Made by a program: the position numbers and the translations under genes. A stretch of 64,000 nucleotides of DNA from Candidatus Latescibacterota bacterium (lineage in GTDB: Bacteria > Latescibacterota > UBA2968 > UBA8231): contig CBDAOB010000004.1 in assembly GCA_965197905.1 (NCBI GenBank), positions 1,408,001 through 1,472,000 of the forward strand. Direction: 5' to 3'. A model generated the notes under the pieces. That model made no database searches. It saw only the letters and a list, made by a program, of their open reading frames with translations, and had not been told where the DNA came from. Below, piece after piece: positions 38,124-48,064 of this stretch. Within the stretch, counting starts at the first letter, position 1, and every line of letters starts with the position of its first letter.

Positions 38124-39683
38124 ATGCGCGAATACAAAGCATGGCCTTTCCAAGAAGCCCGAAAGATTCTCGAACAGCGCCCCCACCGCGACGACCGCCC
38201 GGTCCTGTTTGAAACCGGCTTCGGTCCCAGCGGACTTCCGCACATCGGCACGTTCGCGGAGGTTGCAAGGACGACCTTCGTGCGCCAAGCCTACACCTAT
38301 TTGACCGACGCCCCTTCACGTTTGGTGGCGTTTAGCGATGACATGGACGGCTTGCGCAAAGTGCCACTGAATCTTCCCAATGCGGAGATGCTCGCCACGA
38401 ACCTGGGCGTGCCGCTGCACGCCATCCCGGATCCGTTCGGAAAGTGCGACAGCTATAGCGCTTATATGAACGGCAAGCTACAGGAATTCCTCGATGCGTA
38501 CGGCTTTGACTACGAATTCCAAAGCTCGCGCGAAGCCTACGTCAGGGGCGATTTCGACGCAGGCCTTGCGATCCTTCTGCGCGAAGTAGAGAAGGTCAAG
38601 AATCTGATCCTTCCCACCCTGCGACAGGAAAACCGCGAAGGTTGGTCGCCGTTCTTTCCCATCTGTCCGCAGTGCGGTTCGGTCTACGCCACCAGAGTTG
38701 TCGACTATCACGTCGACCGGCAGAGCGTCGATTTCGTCTGTGACCGCCAGCTTGAGGGCGCGGCCGGCTGCGGTGCGTCGGGAGAGCAGTCGATCCTAGG
38801 GGGTCAGGCCAAGGTAAACTGGAAGGTAGACTGGGCGTTGCGTTGGTACACCTATGAGGTGGACTACGAGATGTACGGCAAGGACCTGATCGACTCCGCC
38901 AAACTATCGGGCCGAATCCTACGGCTTATGGGCAAGGTGCCTCCCGTGGGATTGACCTACGAGCTCTTTCTGGACGAAGAGGGCGGCAAGATTTCCAAGA
39001 GTGTGGGTAGAGGCCTGACCGTGGATGCATGGGTCGAGTACGCGCCCATCGAATCATTGTTGTATTACATCCTGCAAAACCCCAAACGCGCCCGTCGGCT
39101 CTACTGGGATGTGGTGCCCAAGTGCGTAGACGATTACCTGGAAGCCCTGCGCCGCTTCGACCAGATCGACGCAGACGATCGCCCGGAGCAGGATATCTGG
39201 CACATCTTTGGACCAGGCTCCGCCGCACCCCGTTACGACGCTGCGGTTAATTTCAGTATGGTGAACAACCTGATCGCTGCCTTGGGATCGGATTCGTTCG
39301 AGTTGCTGCTCGATTACCTGGTGCGCTACGACGACCAAGCCCTGAAGTACCAGGATGTGGTGCGAGATCTGGTGGAGAAGGGGTTGAACTACTACCGGGA
39401 TTTTGTGCTCCCGAACAAGAAGTTCAGGCATGCTACATCCGATGAACGAAATCTTTTCGGTACTATGCGCGACCTCCTGGCTGGCGTCGGCGCCGAAGAT
39501 GAAGAGACCCTGCAGGCCATCCCGTTTGAGGTCGCCCGCCACGCCGGCGTGGAGCCGAGGGAACTGTTTCGCTCGTTCTACGAAGTAATGCTGGGACAGG
39601 AAAGGGGTCCGCGATTCGGATCGTTCGTCAAGCTGGTTGGAAGAGAGCGGGTCTTGACGATGCTGGCGGAAAAATCGAGCTGA
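38124..39683 (+). CDS. lysS: Lysine--tRNA ligase, class I
   Basis: ETGFGPSGLPHIG (HIGH), DDMDGLRKVP, WKVDWALRW, GKDL, KISKS (KMSKS), GPRFG. Confidence 0.93.
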   Translation: MREYKAWPFQEARKILEQRPHRDDRPVLFETGFGPSGLPHIGTFAEVARTTFVRQAYTYLTDAPSRLVAFSDDMDGLRKVPLNLPNAEMLATNLGVPLHAIPDPFGKCDSYSAYMNGKLQEFLDAYGFDYEFQSSREAYVRGDFDAGLAILLREVEKVKNLILPTLRQENREGWSPFFPICPQCGSVYATRVVDYHVDRQSVDFVCDRQLEGAAGCGASGEQSILGGQAKVNWKVDWALRWYTYEVDYEMYGKDLIDSAKLSGRILRLMGKVPPVGLTYELFLDEEGGKISKSVGRGLTVDAWVEYAPIESLLYYILQNPKRARRLYWDVVPKCVDDYLEALRRFDQIDADDRPEQDIWHIFGPGSAAPRYDAAVNFSMVNNLIAALGSDSFELLLDYLVRYDDQALKYQDVVRDLVEKGLNYYRDFVLPNKKFRHATSDERNLFGTMRDLLAGVGAEDEETLQAIPFEVARHAGVEPRELFRSFYEVMLGQERGPRFGSFVKLVGRERVLTMLAEKSS

Positions 39684-39720
39684 ACGCCGGTGCGGCCGCC
39701 CCGATCGCGAAGACGGTTGT

Positions 39721-40017
39721 TCAGGGAAGCTGGATAGCGGGGGTTTCTTCGTTCGCTCGGTAGAGCAGCACCGTTTGACCGAGAATCTGCACCAGATGAG
39801 AAGCGGTTCGCCGCGCCAGAACCGGGCCCGCCTCCTTGCGATCGATCGGGCAACCTCGCTCCAGCTTGATTTTGATCAGTTCGTGGTTAGAGTAGGCATC
39901 CTCGATGGATCGCAGCAATTCCGGCGACACACCTTCTTTGCCCACGTTGACGGACGGTTTCAGGCGATTGCCCAAGCCCCGCAGAAACCTCCGCTGTTTG
40001 CCGTTCAGGTCATTCAT
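39721..40017 (-). CDS. yhbY: Ribosome assembly RNA-binding protein YhbY (CRM domain)
   Basis: LNGKQRRFLRGLG..LKP...VGKEG, HELIKIK, VQILG..VLLYR. Confidence 0.93.
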   Translation of the reverse strand: MNDLNGKQRRFLRGLGNRLKPSVNVGKEGVSPELLRSIEDAYSNHELIKIKLERGCPIDRKEAGPVLARRTASHLVQILGQTVLLYRANEETPAIQLP

Positions 40018-40067
40018 TTCACCGTAAGATAGAGTTCCGGTTTCCGGGCGTCGAGGAGGAACGGTTT

Positions 40068-42536
40068 TTGCCACCTCCGCTCATGACGTTTACCCCCCTC
40101 TGCTTCAAACGCCGGCCGGCCCTGTGGTCGGCGGGTGCGTTTTCCTTCGGGATTCTGCTGGCCGATCCCCTGGCGTTGGACGTCATCGCCGTCTGGTTGG
40201 CAGGAGTGACGTTGTTCGTGCTGGGCCTGTTCCTTGGTCGCAGCTCCGGCTCTAGAGCTCTGGCACTGGATCTTTCCCTTTTTTCGCTGGTTTTCGCCTG
40301 CGGCGCTCTGCGCTACGAATCGCACACAGCTCTGTTACCCGCCAGTCACATCGGCCGGACTGACCTCTTCGGCGCCAAAGCGATGATCACGGGTACCATC
40401 CTCGAAGAACCCCAGCGCGGCAGCGACCGGACCCGAGTTCTCTTGGCTCTTGAAGAGGTGGAAAACGACAGCGCGCGATTCCGCGTGAGCGGGCGCATCA
40501 TGGTCACCTTCAGCGATCTTGAGATCGCGGCGGACTACGCCGATCGAATCGTCGTTTCAGGCCGCCTGCAAAAACCGGCACCGGCCCGGAATCCGGGAGC
40601 GTTCGACTATCGCCGCTTCCTGAAGCTGCGCGACACATGGGCCACTGTGAGCGTGCGCAAACAGGAACAGATCGTTCGGGTGGTAGGCAACCCGGGAGAT
40701 GCGCTGTACGAGTATCTGATCTTGCCGATTCGCGCCTCGGTACGGCGCAGTATCGAACGCAATCTCTCCGGAGCTCCGAGCGGTTTGTTGAGAGGCATGT
40801 TGTTAGGTGAGAAACACCGCATCCCCAGCGAGGTGGCCGACGCCTTCAGAGGAACGGGGCTGGCACACGCGCTGGTCATAAGCGGTCTGCACGTGGGGTT
40901 GGTCGCGGTGTTCTTCCTGACCGCCTTCAAGCTGTGCCGCATGTCCAGTCGCACGACAACCGTAACGACAGTGGCCGTTCTGGCTTTATACGCGTTTGTG
41001 ACCGAACTGCAACCTCCGGTCGTGCGCGCCGTAATCATGGTCAGCGTCGTTCTTCTGGGCCGCGCCCTGGGACGGGTCGGAGACATCTACAACTCGCTGG
41101 GCTTGGCCGCGCTGATTATCCTGGCCGTATGGCCCACAAGCTTGTTCACATTGAGCTTTCAGCTGTCGTTCGGGGCCACCCTCTCCATTGTCGCTCTCTA
41201 CGGTCCTCTCACCTGTTGGGTTCCGGCAACCTGGAAAGATGGCCTTTGGGAGAAGTGGGTTGTGGGCCCCGCGTGTGTATCCCTGGCCGCCCAGCTGGGC
41301 ACTGGACCGCTGATCGCCTACCACTTCCAACAAGTGGCGCCGCTCTCGCTGCCCGCCAATCTGCTGGTGGTACCTATCCTGGGATTGGCCGTCGGCCTGG
41401 GCCTCCTGAGTGCCATCACCGGCTGGATCTTTCCCCTGCTGGCCACCGCCTTCAATGGCTGTAATTACCTGGTGCTGGTCTTCCTCACCGAAGTAGTCGG
41501 TACGATCAACTCCCTACCCGGATCCTCGTTGACCTGTCCCAAGCCAGGTATGGGGTTTCTAACCGTCTGCGTCGCCTGCGTGGTCCTGCTCGCCCACTGC
41601 GACAGCCGTCGGTGCGCGCGCCACGCGTTGGTATACACGGTCTTGCTCTACGCCAACCTTTCGCTCTGGAGCTCCCAGCTGCGCGAGGGTCGGCTGCAGA
41701 TCACCTTCCTCGATGTGGGTCAGGGGGATGGGGCGTTCGTCGAGTTCCCCAACGGGCGCACGATGATCGTCGACGCGGGGATCCGCAGCGCCCATTTCGA
41801 CTACGGCAAGCGCGTGCTTGTTCCGTTCTTACGCCACCGCGGCGTCAGACATATCGACATGGTTGTTGCTTCCCATCCTCACAGCGACCACATCGGCGGC
41901 CTCGTTTACCTCCTGGAGCATGTGCGGGTGGACCATTTCATCGATTCAGGACAGGCTTACGATTCCTGGACCAGCAGACGGCTGCACGAACTGATACGCG
42001 CCAATAAGATCCAGTATCATCGGGTCGCCGCGGGCGATTCGTTGGTTGGCCTTGGAGGTGTCGGAGCGATCGTCCTGCACCCGACCTCCGCGTTCGTTAC
42101 GGCCGTAGGTGAATCGCCCCACGATCTCAACAATGGCTCGGTGGTGCTGCGGTTGGAAGCGGGATCGAACTCGGTGCTGTTCACCGGCGACATCGAAGTC
42201 GAGTCGGACCCGGCCATGCTGGGGTGGGGAGAACGTTTGCAATCCACCATTTTGAAGGTCGCCCATCACGGCTCCAAGACCTCTTCTAGGCCGGCGTTCG
42301 TCGATGCGGTGAATCCTCGAATCGCGATCATCTCCGTGGGATCGTTCAACAAGTTTGGACACCCCTCCCAACAAATATTGGCGCGGTTAAACGCCAGGTG
42401 CCGCGTCTATCGCACCGACAGGGACGGCGCCGTCACAATTCGTGTGGACGAGTCGATCTCGCTGGAATCGATGATTGGAGACCAGCTCCAAAGACCACGC
42501 AACGATTATGTCGCCAAGGCGTTGGGAATTATGTGA
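40068..42536 (+). CDS. comEC: DNA internalization competence protein ComEC/Rec2
   Basis: RNPGAFDY, GLAHALVISGLHVG, FQLSF, FLDVGQGDG, SHPHSDHIGG, LFTGD, KVAHHGS. Confidence 0.93.
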   Translation: MPPPLMTFTPLCFKRRPALWSAGAFSFGILLADPLALDVIAVWLAGVTLFVLGLFLGRSSGSRALALDLSLFSLVFACGALRYESHTALLPASHIGRTDLFGAKAMITGTILEEPQRGSDRTRVLLALEEVENDSARFRVSGRIMVTFSDLEIAADYADRIVVSGRLQKPAPARNPGAFDYRRFLKLRDTWATVSVRKQEQIVRVVGNPGDALYEYLILPIRASVRRSIERNLSGAPSGLLRGMLLGEKHRIPSEVADAFRGTGLAHALVISGLHVGLVAVFFLTAFKLCRMSSRTTTVTTVAVLALYAFVTELQPPVVRAVIMVSVVLLGRALGRVGDIYNSLGLAALIILAVWPTSLFTLSFQLSFGATLSIVALYGPLTCWVPATWKDGLWEKWVVGPACVSLAAQLGTGPLIAYHFQQVAPLSLPANLLVVPILGLAVGLGLLSAITGWIFPLLATAFNGCNYLVLVFLTEVVGTINSLPGSSLTCPKPGMGFLTVCVACVVLLAHCDSRRCARHALVYTVLLYANLSLWSSQLREGRLQITFLDVGQGDGAFVEFPNGRTMIVDAGIRSAHFDYGKRVLVPFLRHRGVRHIDMVVASHPHSDHIGGLVYLLEHVRVDHFIDSGQAYDSWTSRRLHELIRANKIQYHRVAAGDSLVGLGGVGAIVLHPTSAFVTAVGESPHDLNNGSVVLRLEAGSNSVLFTGDIEVESDPAMLGWGERLQSTILKVAHHGSKTSSRPAFVDAVNPRIAIISVGSFNKFGHPSQQILARLNARCRVYRTDRDGAVTIRVDESISLESMIGDQLQRPRNDYVAKALGIM

Positions 42537-42575
42537 GGAAGGCGGCTGACCCACCACCCCTGGTCAAGCGAGCGG

Positions 42576-43343
42576 CTAACCTTTGGACTGGCGGCGCGCC
42601 TGCAGCGTGGCCGGATCGAAGACGGCAGGTTCCGCCGGGACAGCTGCTACGCCGCCGGAGCCCAAGCCGAGGGATGGCGGCACCACGACCCCCGCCGACA
42701 CGATCATCTTCAGGGCTTCCTCGACGGTGAGGTCGGTGTCTCGAAGCTGGTCCGCGGGAACGATGAGCATAAAACCGGTAGTCGGGTTGGGGGCGGTGGG
42801 CACGAAGATGCTGTGGGCCAGTTCCCTCCCCCCGTCCACGGGGACGTCGCCGGCCATGAATCCGAGCGTCCAAACAGTTTTGCGCGGGTATTCCAGCAGC
42901 ACGACTTTGGTGAACCCCGCCTTCTCCGGTGAGGCCATGGTTTCCATCAGCTGGTGAATCGGTGCGTAGATGGTGCGCACCACCGGAAGCCGTTCCAGCG
43001 CTTCCCGGGCGCTGTGCAGCAAACGCTTGCCCACGACGTTGGCGGCAACGGCACCGACACACCACAGAATGAGAAAGGTCAGCAGGACCCCCAAACCGGG
43101 AATGTGGAATTCCGGATCGCCAAGTCGCCGGGCGAGTTGCCGGATGAGCGGGGCCGAAAAGCCGTCGGCCCAGCGAAAGAGGGTCAGCAACACCCATACG
43201 GTAATCCACAGCGGCGCAATAATCGTGACCCCTGTCATGATCGTAGTGCGCAGCTTGCCGATGCGACCGCGTAGGCGCCGGCGAGGTTTCTTGTCCTTGG
43301 GAGAACCCGAAGGGTCGTCCAGTCCTGATGTCGGCAGTGCCAT
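42576..43343 (-). CDS. DUF502 domain membrane protein
   Basis: PLWITVWV, LERLPVVRTIY, VLLEYPRK, FVPTAPNPTTGF, EEALKMIVSAG. Confidence 0.9.
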   Translation of the reverse strand: MALPTSGLDDPSGSPKDKKPRRRLRGRIGKLRTTIMTGVTIIAPLWITVWVLLTLFRWADGFSAPLIRQLARRLGDPEFHIPGLGVLLTFLILWCVGAVAANVVGKRLLHSAREALERLPVVRTIYAPIHQLMETMASPEKAGFTKVVLLEYPRKTVWTLGFMAGDVPVDGGRELAHSIFVPTAPNPTTGFMLIVPADQLRDTDLTVEEALKMIVSAGVVVPPSLGLGSGGVAAVPAEPAVFDPATLQARRQSKG

Positions 43344-43511
43344 GGTGTCTCCGGAAAAATGGCCGCCCAAATATCCCTGAGCCGGAGGGCAGTGTCAAGA
43401 ATTCCCCATTGCCTGCGGCTGGTCAAATCCGGTTCTTATCATCGGCCGGAGACGGTTTATCCTGCACTGTCACCTTATCCCGATCTAGTCGACTGCTGGA
43501 GAGTGACTTCG

Positions 43512-44192
43512 ATGCCCGGTGAAGCAGTTCTGCTTCTGAGCGGTGGCATGGACTCGGCCACTTGCCTGTGGTGGATGGCCGCCAAGCGCCGGCTCCCCGT
43601 TTGCACGGTGAGTTTCGACTATGGGCAGCGCCATGCCGTGGAGTTGCAATACGCCGAACGTTTGAGTCAACGCTCTGGCGTGGGGTGTCACAAGGTTTTG
43701 CCGATGGATTTGCGCTCGGTCGGTGGTGGCCCGCTCGTTGACCGTAGCCTCGATATGCCGCCGGCCCGGGATCGGCAGCAGGTCAAAACCGTCGTGCCCC
43801 TGAGAAACATGCTGATGGTCACCCTCGCCGCCGCCTATGCTGAAACCCTGTCGGTGGATGAGCTCTACATCTCGCCCGTGCGCGACGACTACGAAAGCTA
43901 CCGCGATTGTCGCCGCGAGTTCTACGATAGCATGGAAAGCAGTTTGAGCCTGGGATCTACCAAAGAGCGAGCGATCAAACTTCATACACCGTTTGTGGAC
44001 AAGTGGAAGACCGAGGTGATTGAGATCGGGCTGTGCCTCGGGGTTCCCTACGAGCTCACCCACACCTGCTACGAAGGCCGGCGCCCGGCGTGCGGCATCT
44101 GCGACGCTTGCGTCGAACGGATCGCAGCCTTCAAAGCGAACCAATCCCAGGATCCCCTCGAATACGAAATCGATATGACCTGGTCCCCATGA
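43512..44192 (+). CDS. queC: 7-cyano-7-deazaguanine synthase
   Basis: LLSGGMDS, FDYGQRH, VPLRN, YRDCR, TCY..CGICDAC..R. Confidence 0.93.
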   Translation: MPGEAVLLLSGGMDSATCLWWMAAKRRLPVCTVSFDYGQRHAVELQYAERLSQRSGVGCHKVLPMDLRSVGGGPLVDRSLDMPPARDRQQVKTVVPLRNMLMVTLAAAYAETLSVDELYISPVRDDYESYRDCRREFYDSMESSLSLGSTKERAIKLHTPFVDKWKTEVIEIGLCLGVPYELTHTCYEGRRPACGICDACVERIAAFKANQSQDPLEYEIDMTWSP

Positions 44193-44827
44193 ATGTCCTG
44201 GAAGAAATACCCCAGGCGGCTGCGGATCGGTTGCCGCTCTGGCGCGAGTCGGGGAGAACGCTGCAGGTCAACGAAATCTTCTATTCGATAGAAGGAGAGG
44301 GGATGCGCGTCGGGCAATCCACAACCTTCGTGCGTCTGGCCAGATGCAATCTTCGCTGCCGGTTCTGCGATACCGAGTTCGACAGCTTTTCGGAACGTAC
44401 CGTCGACGACATCGCCGCGGAGGTCGAGCGCCATCCGGCTGCTTGGGTTTGTCTAACGGGAGGCGAACCTCTTGGACAGAACATTGGGGACCTTTGCCGG
44501 GTCTTGGTGGAGAAGGGCTACCGGATCCACATCGAGACCAACGGTACGATTGGTCCGGATCCCATCCTCTACGAATGGATCGAGCACTGGACGGTGTCGC
44601 CGAAGTGTTTCCCAGTGGTAGACGGATTTCGCCGCATCGACGAACTGAAATACGTTGTCGGGAAATCGTTCAAGGAAGAGCGGGTAGAGGAAAACCTGGC
44701 AGGGTGTATCTATCTGCAGCCGGAGTCGTCAAATCCGGAATATGTGCAGAAGGCGTTGGAGATTCTCAAGTGCCATCCCCACTGGCGTCTGTCGAGCCGC
44801 ATACACAAAACCCTGGGTTTGCCTTGA
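44189..44827 (+). CDS. queE: 7-carboxy-7-deazaguanine synthase (radical SAM)
   Basis: EIFYSIEGEG, FVRLARCNLRCRFCDT, LTGGEP, IETNG, VSPK. Confidence 0.93.
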   Translation: MNVLEEIPQAAADRLPLWRESGRTLQVNEIFYSIEGEGMRVGQSTTFVRLARCNLRCRFCDTEFDSFSERTVDDIAAEVERHPAAWVCLTGGEPLGQNIGDLCRVLVEKGYRIHIETNGTIGPDPILYEWIEHWTVSPKCFPVVDGFRRIDELKYVVGKSFKEERVEENLAGCIYLQPESSNPEYVQKALEILKCHPHWRLSSRIHKTLGLP

Positions 44828-44830
44828 GCA

Positions 44831-45421
44831 TCATCGGGCGACCGGCGTGAGGCCTTCGGCGTCCTGGCGATATTTCTTGGCGCATGTCCGACAGCTCAGC
44901 TGGGGCGCCGTCTCATCGTCGGGCAACAGCACACCGCACTCGCATACCCACCCCTTCCGCCGCGCCGGTACCCCGTATACAACGGCGTACGGCGCTATGT
45001 CCCGGGTGACCACCGCACCGGCGCCGACGAATGCGTAGGCTCCGATCGTGACCCCACATACGATGGTGGCGTTGGCACCCAGACTGGCCCCCTCGCCGAT
45101 CACGGTCGCTTTGAATTCGTGTTTGCGCTCGATGCGAGCCCGCGGGTTGATCACGTTCGTGAACACTACGGACGGTCCGCAGAACACCCCGTCTTCCAGC
45201 ACGACGCCGCTGTAGAGCGAAACGTTGTTCTGTATCTTGCAGTCGCGGCCGACGACCACTTCCCGATCGACGAAGACGTTCTGCCCCAATATGCAGCTCG
45301 GGCCGATGCGGGCCCCGGACATGACGTGGCTGAAGTGCCAGATACGGGTGCCTTCGCCGATCTCGCACGGCTGGTCGATACAGCAGCTTTCATGGGCGAA
45401 GAATCCAGTGGCATCAGTCAT
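44831..45421 (-). CDS. Hexapeptide-repeat N-acetyltransferase (WbpD-like)
   Basis: IGEGTRIWHFSH, CKIQNNVS, VFCGPSVVFTNVINPR, GWVCECG. Confidence 0.88.
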   Translation of the reverse strand: MTDATGFFAHESCCIDQPCEIGEGTRIWHFSHVMSGARIGPSCILGQNVFVDREVVVGRDCKIQNNVSLYSGVVLEDGVFCGPSVVFTNVINPRARIERKHEFKATVIGEGASLGANATIVCGVTIGAYAFVGAGAVVTRDIAPYAVVYGVPARRKGWVCECGVLLPDDETAPQLSCRTCAKKYRQDAEGLTPVAR

Positions 45422-45535
45422 GTGCGCACAGGGGATAGTCTAGGGGTGAATCGACCGTGGCGAGGTATGAAGTGTTGCGAATATACGCCTGAGCGAACGA
45501 TCGAGCCACTTGCGCGCGTCCGCGCGCGCGTTCGA

Positions 45536-45564
45536 TTGACATGCCCCAGTGAGCGGTTTAGACT
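45536..45564 (+). promoter_or_regulatory. Sigma70-type promoter TTGACA-17-TAGACT
   Basis: Upstream of the AGGAGG SD and ATG 45617. Confidence 0.65.
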
Positions 45565-45616
45565 ATCGCTCTACTTAAACTCAAAACGGTTTTGAATTAC
45601 CCCTCAGGAGGATTCC

Positions 45617-46591
45617 ATGAAACTTGCAACCTATTACACAAAAAAAACGGAAGCTGTTGGCGCCGTCGTCGACAACGACAGAATCATAGTCGATCTCGTG
45701 GCCGCGGATCGAGCGCTCGCCCGCAGAGAAAAGCGCAAACCTCATCCGTTTTTCACGGATATGATTTCGCTACTGGAGGCAGGCGGCAAAGGGATGAGCG
45801 CCGCAAAGAAGGCGGCTAACCTCGCCGCGGAGAAGCTCGGCTCCCCGGCGAAAGCGGATGGCAAGACGAGCCACAACGTAAGTCGTGTAAAGTTGCGCGC
45901 CCCCGTCCCCAACCCCCGAAAGGTCTTTTGCCTGGCGGGCAATTATCAAGACCACATCGAAGAGGGTGGGGGCAAGATGTCTGTGCAGGACAAAGAGACC
46001 CCTCGCGTGTTTATGAAACCGCCCACCACCACCGTCATCAATCCTGGCGACGCTATCTTGATCCCGCCGGTAGCTCGCTCCATCGATTGGGAAGGGGAGC
46101 TTTGCGTGGTGATGGGACGCAAGACCAAGGGCGTAAAGGCAAAGGACGCGCTCAGATACGTCGCCGGTTACACCGTGATGAACGACGTCTCCGAACGCGA
46201 CCTGGTCATTCGAAACCGGACTGAGAGCCGGCCGCAGGACAAGTGGTTCGACTGGCTCAACGGAAAATGGCTGGACACCTTTGCTCCGCAGGGACCGTGG
46301 ATTACCACGACCGACGAAATTCGCGATCCCCAAACGCTAGATATCAGCACCTACATCAACGGGGAGCGGCGTCAGCACAACAACACTGCCCAGATGCTCT
46401 ACCCGGTCAGAATGATCATCGAGTACATCTCCGCAATCATCACCCTCGAACCCGGTGATCTGATCAGCACGGGCACGATTTCCGGCGTCGGCGCCACCAC
46501 GGGGGAGTTCATGAAACCCGGCCATACCGTCGAGATCGAGATTTCCAAGATCGGTGTCCTGCGCAACAAGGTGGCAAAGAGCAAGAAGTAA
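45617..46591 (+). CDS. Fumarylacetoacetate hydrolase family protein
   Basis: KVFCLAGNY..H, DWEGEL, GYTVMNDVSERD, GK..DTF.P.GP, LEPGDLISTGT. Confidence 0.92.
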   Translation: MKLATYYTKKTEAVGAVVDNDRIIVDLVAADRALARREKRKPHPFFTDMISLLEAGGKGMSAAKKAANLAAEKLGSPAKADGKTSHNVSRVKLRAPVPNPRKVFCLAGNYQDHIEEGGGKMSVQDKETPRVFMKPPTTTVINPGDAILIPPVARSIDWEGELCVVMGRKTKGVKAKDALRYVAGYTVMNDVSERDLVIRNRTESRPQDKWFDWLNGKWLDTFAPQGPWITTTDEIRDPQTLDISTYINGERRQHNNTAQMLYPVRMIIEYISAIITLEPGDLISTGTISGVGATTGEFMKPGHTVEIEISKIGVLRNKVAKSKK

Positions 46592-46690
46592 GCGAGCCGC
46601 TGGCTCATCCGGCGCGTACGCGATGAGCCGACGGTTTCATGCCGGACATTCGGAACGGGAAGCGACCACCGAGCCGGTGTGATCATCTTT

Positions 46691-46730
46691 GGGCGAGAGG
46701 GAGTCCGCTTGACTCCTTCCCGCCCTTTTT
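46691..46730 (+). terminator. Rho-independent terminator-like hairpin
   Basis: GGGCG-AGAGGGAGTC/GACTCCTT-CC-CGCCC followed by T5. Confidence 0.65.
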
Positions 46731-46743
46731 CTGGTAGACACAC

Positions 46744-47898
46744 GTGCAGAAACTGCGTCTGTTCTTGACCGCTCTATGTCATTTTTGTGTCGACAGCTAT
46801 GCCACACTGTTGGCGCCGATTCTGCCGCTGGTCAACGAACGCCTGGGACTGAGTTTGGCCTACGCCGGCCTGCTCGGCACCATCGTTTCCCTGTGCAATC
46901 TCAGCCAGCCGTTGATGGGTTTGTGGGCCGACCGCATGTCGCGGCGCTACCTCGTCCTTTTGGGGGCCTTGCTGACCGCCGTGTTCTGTCCGCTCATTGG
47001 AGTTGCTCCCAATTACACCGTGCTGCTCATCGTGCTCGCGCTCGGAGGCTTGGGAGTTGCGGCCTTTCATCCCCAGTCGTTCTCGCTGGCGGGAGATCTG
47101 AGCGGTAACCAGCGTTCGTTCGGGCTTTCCCTGTTTATCTTCGGGGGCACCATGGCGCTGGGCATCGTACCCCTCTGGGTGCCGTATTACACCACGGTGT
47201 TTGGACTGGAGAGCTTACCGTGGCTCAGCTTGCCTGGGATCGCGGCCGCCATTCTAGTTTTCCGCTTCGTGCCACTAGAGAATCCAACGGTCAACAGGAG
47301 CCGGAGCATCGGCGTGCGGGAAAGTCTGGGCCCCCAGGCCGTACCCCTCCTGTTGATCACTCTAGTTGTCATCGCCAGGTCGGCGGCGGGATTGGGGTTC
47401 GGGTTTTACCTGACCATCTTGGCACAGGAACGCGGGCTCTCCCTGGTGCAAGGCGGCGGCATGTTGGCGATCTACAACGTCTCAGGTGTCGTGGGCAGTT
47501 TGGCGGTAGGTTATCTCGCGGATCGGATTGAACCGAAACCGATGGTTTGGGGCGGGCTGCTCCTGGCCGGTCCCGCGCTGTACTACTTCGTCGGCTCGAC
47601 GGGATTGCTCAGCTACGTACTGCTCTTTATCGGCGGCGGATTGATGATGTCCTCGAATTCCGTGCTCGTCGCCGTCGCCCAGGAACTGGCTCCGGACAAC
47701 TCCGGTTTGGCTTCCAGCCTGCCGCTGGGATTCAGCTGGGGTATTGCCAGCCTCAGCCTGCCGTTCGTCGGGCATCTGGCCGACCAGATCGGCGTGGCGG
47801 AAACCTTGAAGTATGTCTCACTGGTTACGGTGCCAACCGGTATTCTCGCTCTATGGCTGCCCAAACGACCTAGAAATGCCGTCACGGCGGCGGCGTAA
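46744..47898 (+). CDS. MFS transporter (Fsr-like)
   Basis: HFCVD, SQPLMGLWADR..RR, AAFHP, about 12 TM segments. Confidence 0.88.
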   Translation: MQKLRLFLTALCHFCVDSYATLLAPILPLVNERLGLSLAYAGLLGTIVSLCNLSQPLMGLWADRMSRRYLVLLGALLTAVFCPLIGVAPNYTVLLIVLALGGLGVAAFHPQSFSLAGDLSGNQRSFGLSLFIFGGTMALGIVPLWVPYYTTVFGLESLPWLSLPGIAAAILVFRFVPLENPTVNRSRSIGVRESLGPQAVPLLLITLVVIARSAAGLGFGFYLTILAQERGLSLVQGGGMLAIYNVSGVVGSLAVGYLADRIEPKPMVWGGLLLAGPALYYFVGSTGLLSYVLLFIGGGLMMSSNSVLVAVAQELAPDNSGLASSLPLGFSWGIASLSLPFVGHLADQIGVAETLKYVSLVTVPTGILALWLPKRPRNAVTAAA

Positions 47899-48015
47899 AA
47901 AAATCTCCTGCCGAGTCAGACCCGACAGGAGATACCTTACCCCTAAGGAGGATTTAGGAGACCTGGGACCAATACCTGGCCCACATTTTAATGATCGGCA
48001 CTGACCGTAAAATGT
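47897..48015 (-). ncRNA. Candidate four-hairpin sRNA or structured 3' UTR ending in a terminator
   Basis: Minus-strand stems ACAUUUUA/UAAAAUGU, GGGCCA/UGGUCC, CUCCUAA/UUAGGGG (loop AUCCUCC), and AUCUCCUGUCGGGUC/GACUCGGCAGGAGAU followed by a U tract. Confidence 0.5.
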
Positions 48016-48064
48016 TGAGAGAATTCTGCGCTCCGTACAAGAGTGTGAACGCCAGCGCCGGAGG

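Noticed and set aside
43512..44827. queC/queE as a 7-deazaguanine DNA-modification (dpd) or defence island
   Set aside because: No dpdA/tgt-like, helicase or nuclease genes are adjacent; ordinary queuosine biosynthesis suffices.
45512..45530. Alternating CG tract upstream of a promoter (possible Z-DNA or hairpin)
   Set aside because: Short, interrupted and plausible by chance at this GC content.
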